Assembly: GCA_963676915.2 (NCBI GenBank) | Contig: CAXXVK010000072.1 | Location: 32,001 to 96,000 of the forward strand | Length of the DNA: 64,000 nt | From: Myxococcota bacterium | GTDB taxonomy: Bacteria; Myxococcota_A; SURF-8; G963663525 | Direction: 5' to 3' | In this document: piece by piece, positions 55,866-64,000 of the stretch | Layout: the number at the start of each line of letters is the position of its first letter | Numbering within the stretch: the first letter of the stretch is position 1 | The notes under the pieces: generated by a model | The model's input: the letters and a program-made list of their open reading frames with translations, nothing else | Database searches by the model: none | Told to the model about the DNA's origin: nothing | Program-made: the position numbers and the translations under genes

Positions 55866-56717
55866 TTACCGTAACCCCATCTTTTCCTTAACCCAACTGA
55901 CCTCAAGATGGGTTAGATAGATGGCCCCGGTCAACGCCACCATGCAAGCCCCGGTGGGTAATTCCCAAATGAAGGAGAGATAATATCCCATTCCTGCCGA
56001 AAACAAGCCTATGATCACGGCGATGGTGAATGCACCCAACATGGAGCGACCCATCCGCAGCCCGGTTAGCGCTGGAAAGATGGTAAACCCAAAGACAGGC
56101 AGTGCTCCAATCGCACGGGTAGCGATGGCGATCATAAGGGCGAAACTCAAATAGAGCAGGATTTCGTACCGTAGGACGGGGATAGCGCTGGCACCCGCAG
56201 AGTCGGTGTCGTAACTGGAAAAAAGAAAGCGACGATAAAAGAGGAAATGTACTAAACCGACACATAGTGCCGCCGTAGTGACATAGACAATCTGCACCGT
56301 TTCTACCATGACGGCGTTTCCGAATAGCAGGCTCGATACGTCGTGGAGATCCTGACGGATGAATCCGCCCAAAATCAGGACTGTTGCTGCCGATAAAAGG
56401 TAAGCGACGACGGTTGCCTGCCCGTTATCACGACGGGGTCCGGCGAAGTAGACTGAAGCCAGACCCGCGAATAGCAACGACATCCACGTCGGATCGAAAA
56501 CGTTTCTTGTTCCGGTGTGGCCAAGCCAGTCGCCGAGGAGAAATGCGGCCACAACCCCCACCGACGATACCTGAGTCAGCGCCAATGGGACGTAGGTTAC
56601 ACGTTTGAGTACGACCCAAACCCCAAGATAAGAAAGCGCCGCTGCCGAAATCAGGGCAACGATCATCGCGTCACGCCAGACGAAACTGGACTCCCAGAAT
56701 GAAACGGTTTCCATCAT
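55866..56717 (-). CDS. Metal (Zn/Mn) ABC transporter permease
   Basis: LGVWVVLKR, LLFGN, SYD…A and WELPTGA; ATGA overlap with the ATPase gene. Confidence 0.88.
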   Translation of the reverse strand: MMETVSFWESSFVWRDAMIVALISAAALSYLGVWVVLKRVTYVPLALTQVSSVGVVAAFLLGDWLGHTGTRNVFDPTWMSLLFAGLASVYFAGPRRDNGQATVVAYLLSAATVLILGGFIRQDLHDVSSLLFGNAVMVETVQIVYVTTAALCVGLVHFLFYRRFLFSSYDTDSAGASAIPVLRYEILLYLSFALMIAIATRAIGALPVFGFTIFPALTGLRMGRSMLGAFTIAVIIGLFSAGMGYYLSFIWELPTGACMVALTGAIYLTHLEVSWVKEKMGLR

Positions 56718-57478
56718 GGCGTTCCTCCTACAGCGTGAACCAGGATATCTTCGCCGTGTCGATCCACCTGGATCGGACGTCCGTACGCAGAGGAAAGGCG
56801 TTCGTCGGTCAGCATGTCGTCCATCTTTCCCGTGTCGAAAAGGTCGGCGTCTTTGTTGATCAGACACAGGTGATTCGCAACGGATACGACGGAACCGATA
56901 TGGTGGCCGATCATCAGCACCGTGATACCGGTGCTTTGGTGGTGTTTTTTGAGAAAGGTAAGGATGTCGGTTTCACCGGGAAGATCCATTCCTGTGGTCG
57001 GTTCGTCGAGAACCAGTACGTCCGGGTCGCTGGCCAGGGCACGAGCCAGAAGGATTCGTTGCTGTTGCCCGCCGGACAACGAAGCGAAGGGCTGTTTTTC
57101 TGCGGCTCCCATGCCCAGTCGCTCGATTTCTTCCTGCACTCTCTTTCGATCTTCGGTGGAGGGACGTTTTCCCCAACCGATGCGATCCGTACGGCCCATC
57201 ATCGCCACATCGAAGGCGGTCAATGGGTAGTCCGAGTTCAATAGGTGACGTTGGGGTACATAGCCGAAGCGCGGTTTTCCCAACGGATAGCGCACGGCTC
57301 CTGAAACCGGTTTTAGAAGTCCCAAAATGGTTTTCACGAGCGTGGTTTTGCCTGACCCGTTGGGACCGACAATGCCCCAGACATCGCCTTCTTCCACCGC
57401 CAGGGTGAACGGGCGCAGAAGCGCCCGTTCGTAACCGATGGCGGTATTCGTCATTTCGATTCGTTTACGTTCGTTCAT
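56714..57478 (-). CDS. Metal ABC transporter ATP-binding protein
   Basis: GPNGSGKTT, GYVPQ, LSGGQQQR and LDEPTTG. Confidence 0.93.
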   Translation of the reverse strand: MNERKRIEMTNTAIGYERALLRPFTLAVEEGDVWGIVGPNGSGKTTLVKTILGLLKPVSGAVRYPLGKPRFGYVPQRHLLNSDYPLTAFDVAMMGRTDRIGWGKRPSTEDRKRVQEEIERLGMGAAEKQPFASLSGGQQQRILLARALASDPDVLVLDEPTTGMDLPGETDILTFLKKHHQSTGITVLMIGHHIGSVVSVANHLCLINKDADLFDTGKMDDMLTDERLSSAYGRPIQVDRHGEDILVHAVGGTP

Positions 57479-57479
57479 T

Positions 57480-58202
57480 CTACCGGTCTTCGTGTTCTTC
57501 ACCGATTTCAAGAATCAGGATTTGCACTTGTTCAGCCTCGTTTTCACCGAAGCGGATGATCTGTGGTTTTACCGATCCGCTGTCATTGGTGATTTCCACA
57601 TGCCAGACTTCCTTGAAGTCCCCCGGACAGTCGGAGTTTTCACCCTCGTTGTGGGCTTCGAGTTCGTTTTCTTCGGCATCCAGGAATCCATCGACAATTC
57701 CAACGGTATCAATGAAAACAGCCACTTCGCCCGTTTCTTGACCGGGAAAATGGACAAAGTTTTCGGAGCCGGTTGTCAACTCGATTTGCGCCAGATGTTC
57801 CAAATCCACATGGGCGTTCGAAAATTCATCGAAGGAGGAAACCGCCGAGACTTCTTCAGGCGTGTCGCCCAGATGTTCGCAAGCGTGCTGCTCGAGATCC
57901 TCGGTTTCCTGTGAATTGTCTTCATTGTCGCCGCTGCAGCCCTGTTGCAGACAGTATTCCGCACCGCCGATTTCGGTCGGTTCCTGGTCGGAAAAGCAGT
58001 GGCATTCGTTTCCATGGCTATGTCCGTCCGGTCCGCAGGTGTCGATGTCTTCGATAGGAACGCATTTCGTGCCTACAAGCAGTTGTGTCTCGTTGTCGCA
58101 GGTCGGGCAGGTTATTTCGTCACCATCTTCCGTTGCGCAGGATGTAGCAAGGATGACCAGGACGAAGGAAAGAAAGACAGCGCTAAGTATTTTAATTTTC
58201 AC
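57480..58202 (-). CDS. Cys/His-rich lipoprotein
   Basis: GTG start after AAGGAG; lipobox LATSC; CGPDGHSHGNECHC and HACEH motifs. Confidence 0.75.
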   Translation of the reverse strand: MKIKILSAVFLSFVLVILATSCATEDGDEITCPTCDNETQLLVGTKCVPIEDIDTCGPDGHSHGNECHCFSDQEPTEIGGAEYCLQQGCSGDNEDNSQETEDLEQHACEHLGDTPEEVSAVSSFDEFSNAHVDLEHLAQIELTTGSENFVHFPGQETGEVAVFIDTVGIVDGFLDAEENELEAHNEGENSDCPGDFKEVWHVEITNDSGSVKPQIIRFGENEAEQVQILILEIGEEHEDR

Positions 58203-58221
58203 GAGAATTCTCCTTTTGATG

Positions 58222-59121
58222 TTAAGGCGTTGCCAGCAGGGTGGCGATACGGTCGAATTTATCCCAGATCGTTTCCATGCCGGGTTCGGCACCTACCATG
58301 GAAGGCATGATGACCAACATCGCCCCGGCTTTTTCGGCGAAGATCTTCGACAGGTTCGTTGGATGGTAGATTTCCTGAAGCACGAAACGTACGTTTTCGG
58401 ATTTGACCTTGTTCAGCAGTTTCGATACGTGGGCCGGACTGGGAGGAATTCCGGGAATCGGCTCCAATGATCCGACCTTGCGAACGCCCAGCCAATCCAG
58501 CAAATAGACCCAGCTTTCGTGGTACACCACAACGTTCGCACCTTTAAGGGGAGCTAAGGCCGTTTTCCATTGTGCCGTTTTCTTTTGGTATTTCGTGTCG
58601 AAAGCGGTCCATCGTTCTTTGTAGTAGGAAGCACCATCCGGGTCGAGTTGCACGAGTCGCCGATGTATTCCGCCTGCGATGCGGTACAATTCATGTGGGC
58701 TGGTGTAGTAATGCGGATTGCCCGCGCCGTGAATATCTCCCATCGAGCGATCGGGATTCGCGACGACATCTTTGGCTTCGATCAACGTCGAGGCGTCCAG
58801 GTATCCCGGTTTTCCAGGGTGTATGTCGCCGTTTCTCGCTTGAGTCAGCAGTACGGGTAGCCAGCCGTCTTCCAAACCCATGCCGATGAGGATCAGCAGA
58901 TCGGCTCGGTTGACTTTGAGAATCAGCGAGGGTTTGGCATCTACGAAGTGCGGGTCTTGCGTTCCCTTGATGAGCGATTCGGCTTCTACACGTTCTCCAC
59001 CGAGTTCGGTGGCCAATGCGGCGAAATCAGGTAAGGTTCCCACCACTCGCAGTTTGGCCGAGGCGAGTCCCGGAAAGCTCAGCACGATCAGGATAGCTGT
59101 CAATAAGGTCCAGCGTTTCAC
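58222..59121 (-). CDS. Metal ABC transporter substrate-binding protein (ZnuA/TroA-like)
   Basis: QDPHFV, MGDIHGAGNPHY, YHESW and EPIPGIPPSPAH. Confidence 0.92.
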   Translation of the reverse strand: MKRWTLLTAILIVLSFPGLASAKLRVVGTLPDFAALATELGGERVEAESLIKGTQDPHFVDAKPSLILKVNRADLLILIGMGLEDGWLPVLLTQARNGDIHPGKPGYLDASTLIEAKDVVANPDRSMGDIHGAGNPHYYTSPHELYRIAGGIHRRLVQLDPDGASYYKERWTAFDTKYQKKTAQWKTALAPLKGANVVVYHESWVYLLDWLGVRKVGSLEPIPGIPPSPAHVSKLLNKVKSENVRFVLQEIYHPTNLSKIFAEKAGAMLVIMPSMVGAEPGMETIWDKFDRIATLLATP

Positions 59122-59132
59122 GGTTCACCTCC

Positions 59133-60381
59133 TTAGAATTTGTGGGCCATGTGCTCGCCCACACCGATTTCGAGTTGTAAAAAGGCAGCATGATACAGGT
59201 TGTGATGCTCTTCCTGTCCTGCGTCGTATTGCAGGCGGATTTTGGAAAAAATGCGTCGGCATGAACGTCACTGCCGTTCCACCACGCCACTGCCTTTCCG
59301 GAATTTTTTCTGCGTCCGGTGTTTCTCCTGTGAGAATGTCGGTGTAGTCGCCTCGGACGCCGACCATCCAACGGCGAGTCAACTGGACATCCAGTTGGGC
59401 GTATCCACCATGATCCTGAACGAGATCCCCCGGAACCTGTGTCATTCTCATCAGGTATTCGACGGTCAACCCCACGGCAAGCGCGTCCATGCCCGAGGTG
59501 ATCGGTCGCCACTTGAGATAAAGGTCCGTTCCGTACAAGTCCACTCGATCATCCGGGACATAGGGGCTTTGTCCCCAGGCACCGGAAAGTCCCCAGTCGA
59601 GCGACCAGTTGTCGGTAATGTCGAAGAAGTTGTTGATTCGTGCGAGATACACGAAGTCTTCCAGGCCATCCAGCCTTCCGTTTTCCGTCAGATCGACGGT
59701 GCCGAAAGAGCCGGAACGAAACGCCGATTCGGGTTTGGTATCCATCATCTGCCCGCCGACCGTCATGTACCAGGGAAGCGGAAGCAGGAACGATAGCTCG
59801 GTGCCAAGCCCGCTAAAATGTTCTTCCCCCATGAAGCGGCTATGGGAAAGAGGTGGATTTACGTAGTTCCAGCTATGGAGATGTTGTGGGTTCTGGCGGC
59901 CGAAAGCGGCGTTCATGTATCCGGCCCTGACCTGCATGTTGATCGGAAGCGATAGCGAGGTGATGTAGGCTTCTTCCAAGTGCAAGTGGGAAATCTCAAA
60001 ATTCATGTCGAAACGAAAATAAGGATCGACGGCCCCGGAAACAGCCATTTCCAGACCTTGGAGCGTAAATCCGTTTTCATCGATGGCATGACCGCTCTGG
60101 CGGATGTGATCATCGCCGAAAAACCAGCCGAATCCGACATCAACGATGAAGCTGATATCCGGTATGAAGCTCGCCGCCGTGGGAGTGACGTTTTCCCGAA
60201 GGGTGTCGCTGAGACTCGGAGGATTTTGGGGTGGTTCACTCGTTTCACTGGCATCGGCCTGAATGGCTTCGGCGAAGTCGGGATCTATGGTTTCGTTTTC
60301 TTTGGAAAAGGCCGGCAGAGTCCATAGCAGTACCAGAGGAAGAGCCAGCAGGCTTCCCCAGGCAAGTGTAGATTGTCGCAT
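59133..60381 (-). CDS. Putative zinc-regulated outer-membrane beta-barrel protein (frameshift at 59246-51)
   Basis: PDISFIVD, AVDPYF, LEEAY and FGRQNPQHLHSW. The corrected C-terminus is THFSKIRLQY…LQLEIGVGEHMAHKF*. Confidence 0.75.
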
Positions 60382-60456
60382 AGCGCAATACTCCCCGTAT
60401 TGAAGTGGAGGGAATCGTGGGCGACGTGTCGCCCCGTCTTTAGAATTTACGCAATC

Positions 60457-60906
60457 TTAGACGGAGGGCGGGGAGTTTTTCGGTGCAAGGGAAAGTTGAG
60501 AAACGAAAAGGAAAACGGGCTTTTGCACGGTTCCGACGGACTCGTCCGAGACATCGATGCGTTCGCAGTCCGTTGGGCAGGACATGGCATTCGATGTTTG
60601 AATGAGTTGGGCGAGGACAGTACAGACATCGTGCGGTTCTGAAAACCGATCCGAATGCGATTGGAGTGAGGTCTCGTACCCCGCTACAGGACGAGAAAAA
60701 CCAACTCCGGTTTTCCAGATCGTATCGCCAAGATTGTGATTGTCGTTGGTTGGGTGATGGTGATGAACGTGCTCGAAGCGCTGGTGCTCGATGCACCAGA
60801 CATGTTCGTGACGAGCGAACAAAAACGGCGTTACCAGCCAGTTGGCCACGAAAACGGCCACCAGCAGGACGGCGAAAGTGTTCTTTGAGGTTCTCGTCAT
60901 CAACAT
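60457..60906 (-). CDS. His-rich small exported protein (leading gene of the metal-uptake operon)
   Basis: TM segment, then HEHVWCIEHQRFEHVHHHH…HDVC…LAPKNSPP. Confidence 0.7.
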   Translation of the reverse strand: MLMTRTSKNTFAVLLVAVFVANWLVTPFLFARHEHVWCIEHQRFEHVHHHHPTNDNHNLGDTIWKTGVGFSRPVAGYETSLQSHSDRFSEPHDVCTVLAQLIQTSNAMSCPTDCERIDVSDESVGTVQKPVFLFVSQLSLAPKNSPPSV

Positions 60907-61078
60907 AAAGCCAATATCCGATCCAAGTAGGTACAGTTAAGCACTGTTAACTTAGACTCGCTTTATGCAGGTTGCAAGACACAAAAGCGTTTTTTTCCAA
61001 CTTTTGTGTAAAGATTACATTTTTTTCTTTGTCGTAGGAGAAAGTAAATGACGTTTTTATAAGAAGCAAAGTGCTTGA

Positions 61079-61426
61079 TTATTCGGCTTCTTCTTCCGTT
61101 TCATTTTCGGTTACTTCGGTTTCCTCTTCATCGCCTTCGTAGGGGTAAGGACCGTATTCGGTGGCATAAGGTTCATCGTCGATTTCGGCTTCCGCTTCAT
61201 CGATGTCGCCTTCGGCTTCGGGATTCTGGAGGCACCAGCCGTCATCACTGCAATAGTAATCCTCACCACCCCATTCGATGCACTGCTCGTCATCGGTACA
61301 GGCAGGACCGGGACCGTACATGACGTTTCCCTCCTCGTCGTCTCCACAACCGGAAAACAACACCGATGCAGGCAACAGCAGCATGAAAATCGACGCCAGC
61401 CAGCCGCGAATGGTCATGAGGATCAT
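61079..61426 (-). CDS. Small acidic lipoprotein with repeated YGPxP motif
   Basis: RBS AAGGAG; lipobox LFSGC; VMYGPGP and TEYGPYP; a four-Cys segment; a Glu-rich tail. Confidence 0.7.
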   Translation of the reverse strand: MILMTIRGWLASIFMLLLPASVLFSGCGDDEEGNVMYGPGPACTDDEQCIEWGGEDYYCSDDGWCLQNPEAEGDIDEAEAEIDDEPYATEYGPYPYEGDEEETEVTENETEEEAE

Positions 61427-61673
61427 GGGAATCTCCTTCGAATCGGTAACCTATCTATATCTTATCTGTATATAGGACGAACGACGAAACGGCAAGTATT
61501 TCGTAAAGATGCCTCTCTTTGAATGAAATTGAATGCTTTTTATGCACGATGTCCGATAGTTCAGGTTTTCAACCTGAACCGAAACGTTTAGGGCGGTATC
61601 CACTCTGAATCATGGATAGAAATTCATCCTCTTTCTGCAAAGATTCGCAGTTCCGCTACAACGAGAAACGCCG

Positions 61674-64000
61674 CTATACCAACATGACCGTATCTTTTCC
61701 CAAAATGGATTCCAGTCGGTTGAGCAACTCGTCCGTCAGGCCGATACTCCACGTGGTGACGGGAAGTTTGACCTCGGCGTCGAAGCGTCCCGGTTCGGCG
61801 CAGTGCATGGATACCGGGACATCGCCCGGGTTTTCTTCGAACAATCCCTTGAGTTCCTGCAACAAGGTGCGATCCGTGCCGGGAGACAGGCTGAGGTGAA
61901 TCCGGCGTGTTTTGCGCTCGACGATTTTCGCAAGCTGTTGCAGACGGTCCACGCGGATTTTCCGCCGTACCGAGTCTTCGGTCTGCTCGACGATCATTTT
62001 TCCGGTGACCACTAAGGGTTCGTCCGCCAGCAGGTTTTCGCTATAATCTTCGTAGACACGACCAAACATCAGGCAATCGATGGAGCCTACCGGGTCTTCC
62101 AGTTTGAAAATTGCAAAACGTCCTTTGCCGTTTTTTGTTGGCTTGTCTTTCAACTCGGACATGATCCCGATCACCGTGACCATTTCCTGGTCCGCCATCC
62201 TATGGACGGTTTCAAGCGTCAGTTTGGTGTAGCGCCTGGCTTGCACGGTGTAGCGATCCATTGGATGGGCCGACAAAAACAGGCCGAGCGAGGCTTTTTC
62301 GGCCTGAAGACGTTCTTTTTCGGTCCAGGGTGGAACCTCGGGATATTCGTAATTCGTCAGCGCCGCCATGGCTTCGCCGCCACTGCCCGCAAAAGCGTCG
62401 AACAAGCTGACCTGACCCGTTTCGCGATCCCGTTGTTTTTGCTGGGCGGCTTCGACAGCTTTGGGCACTGCAGCTAAAAGCCGGTGTCGCTCGACGCCTT
62501 CGAAATCGAACGCTCCGGCGTAGACCATCGCTTCGATGCCGCGCTTGTTCAGTTTCTGAGAGTCGATCCGGTCGCAGAAGTCGTAAAGATTGTCGAAGGG
62601 GCGGGTGTTGCGCTCTTCGATCATGGACTCAATTGCGCCCTTGCCCAATCCTTTAATTGCGCCGAGGCCAAATCGGATACCGCCATCTTCGACGGTGAAT
62701 TCCAAGCGGCTGTTGTTGACGCAAGGGGGGCGCACAGGAATGCCCATCTGCTTGGTTTCGTGAATGAATTTGACCACTTTTTCGGTGGATTCCATGTCGC
62801 AGGTAAGCGTTGCGGCGAGGAACTCCAGCGGATAGTAGGTTTTCAACCAGGCCGTGCGGTAGGAAATGACGGCATAAGCCGCAGCATGGGACTTGTTGAA
62901 GCCGTATTGCGCGAAATCGACCATTTCGTTTTTCACGCGCTCGACCACCGTTTTGTCAAAACCTTTTTCGACAGCCCCGCTTACGAAGTCGTCCAGCAAC
63001 TCGGCCATCAATTCGGCCTTTTTCTTGCCCATCGCTTTGCGCAGTTTGTCGGCCTTGCCCATGGTGAATCCGGCCATCTGCACGCCGATTTGCATGACCT
63101 GTTCTTGATAGACGATCAGGCCGTAGGTTTCACGCAGGATCGGTTCGAGAATCGGGTCCACCAGCTTGATTTCCTCGCGTCCGTGCTTTCGGGCTACGAA
63201 GGTGGGGATGATCTTCATCGGACCGGGGCGGTACAAAGCCACGGCAGCCACGATATCCTCGAAGCGGTCGGGCTTGAGCGTCCGAAGCATCTGCTGGAAA
63301 CCGCCGGATTCCATTTGGAAAATACCGTTGGTGTCGCCGGTGGAGATCAGCGAATAAACCTTCGGATCGTCGAGAGTGAGTTTTTCGATATCGATGGGGT
63401 CTTCCCGGTCCCGGTTGACCAGCTTCATCGCCTCATCGATGACGGTGAGGGTTTTCAGCCCCAGAAAGTCGAACTTGACCAGCCCGGCCGCCTCAACTTC
63501 TGACTTGGCGAACTGACTGACATATTGCCCAGTGGAGCGGTCGCGGAAGATCGGGCAGTATTCCCACAACGGCATTTCACTGATGACGACTCCCGCCGCG
63601 TGAAGGCCGGTGTGTCGGTGCAAACCTTCCAATTTCAGTGCGGTTTGCAGCATTTCGGAGTATTTCGGATTGGATTCACAGGTTTCCCGAAGCTTCGGTT
63701 CGTCGGCCACCGCCTTGGACAACGTGAGGTTGGGAGGCATGGAGGGGATCATCTTGGCGATGGTGTCAGCCTCGGCCACTTTGATGTCCATTACTCGGCA
63801 GACATCGCGAACAACCCCGCGTGCTTTCAATGTTCCGTAGGTGACGATCTGAGCTACGTTGTCCGCGCCATATTTCTCGGTGACATAACGGATGACTTCC
63901 TCGCGGCGATTCATGCAGAAGTCCACGTCGAAGTCAGGCATGGAGATTCGTTCGGGGTTGAGGAAGCGCTCGAAGATCAATCCGTGATGGATCGGGTCGA
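61674..64000 (-). CDS. dnaE: DNA polymerase III subunit alpha (5' partial)
   Basis: FERFLNPERISMPDFDVDF, HAAGVVI, GLVKFDFLGL, YGFNKSHA and FGLGAIKG. Confidence 0.97.
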   Translation of the reverse strand, partial: DPIHHGLIFERFLNPERISMPDFDVDFCMNRREEVIRYVTEKYGADNVAQIVTYGTLKARGVVRDVCRVMDIKVAEADTIAKMIPSMPPNLTLSKAVADEPKLRETCESNPKYSEMLQTALKLEGLHRHTGLHAAGVVISEMPLWEYCPIFRDRSTGQYVSQFAKSEVEAAGLVKFDFLGLKTLTVIDEAMKLVNRDREDPIDIEKLTLDDPKVYSLISTGDTNGIFQMESGGFQQMLRTLKPDRFEDIVAAVALYRPGPMKIIPTFVARKHGREEIKLVDPILEPILRETYGLIVYQEQVMQIGVQMAGFTMGKADKLRKAMGKKKAELMAELLDDFVSGAVEKGFDKTVVERVKNEMVDFAQYGFNKSHAAAYAVISYRTAWLKTYYPLEFLAATLTCDMESTEKVVKFIHETKQMGIPVRPPCVNNSRLEFTVEDGGIRFGLGAIKGLGKGAIESMIEERNTRPFDNLYDFCDRIDSQKLNKRGIEAMVYAGAFDFEGVERHRLLAAVPKAVEAAQQKQRDRETGQVSLFDAFAGSGGEAMAALTNYEYPEVPPWTEKERLQAEKASLGLFLSAHPMDRYTVQARRYTKLTLETVHRMADQEMVTVIGIMSELKDKPTKNGKGRFAIFKLEDPVGSIDCLMFGRVYEDYSENLLADEPLVVTGKMIVEQTEDSVRRKIRVDRLQQLAKIVERKTRRIHLSLSPGTDRTLLQELKGLFEENPGDVPVSMHCAEPGRFDAEVKLPVTTWSIGLTDELLNRLESILGKDTVMLV

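Noticed and set aside
60419-60434. GGGCGAC-GT-GTCGCCC hairpin as another REP
   Set aside because: It is single, lacks GTAG and the family consensus, and is more likely an intercistronic mRNA stem.
60935-60976. Zur/Fur operator for the metal operon (AGTTAA-N6-TTAACT; ATGCAGGTTGCAA)
   Set aside because: The palindromes are short and do not fit a known box spacing convincingly.

Overview
64 kb of ordinary bacterial chromosome, probably from a deltaproteobacterial (Myxococcota/Desulfobacterota-like) lineage; this is inferred from a cysteine-repeat surface protein with a GC-TM-basic tail and the metal-uptake locus type. Housekeeping genes: nadC, nuoABCDHI, priA, cca and partial dnaE. Also present: three histidine kinases (one paired with a FIST protein), MATE, DAACS and metal ABC transporters, CcdA-TlpA, two ferritin-like proteins, a KamA-family radical SAM enzyme, a three-gene G3P-dehydrogenase-like operon and a few orphan polysaccharide genes. 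The standout is one IS110 (IS621-type) element at 23444-24617, which can be read as a complete RNA-guided recombination system. Its 5' non-coding end folds into a bridge-RNA architecture. The target guides match a GTAG-type REP-doublet family with three copies in the window, and the donor guides match the element's own end junction. The element sits exactly at a CT core inside one REP, and joining its ends creates TTGACT-N17-TATGAT. Bridge RNAs are a known class, but this member's target/donor specificity is decoded here from sequence alone. About 12 single-base homopolymer frameshifts, including one in priA, suggest sequencing or assembly indels rather than true pseudogenes. No rRNA, tRNA or CRISPR array was seen.
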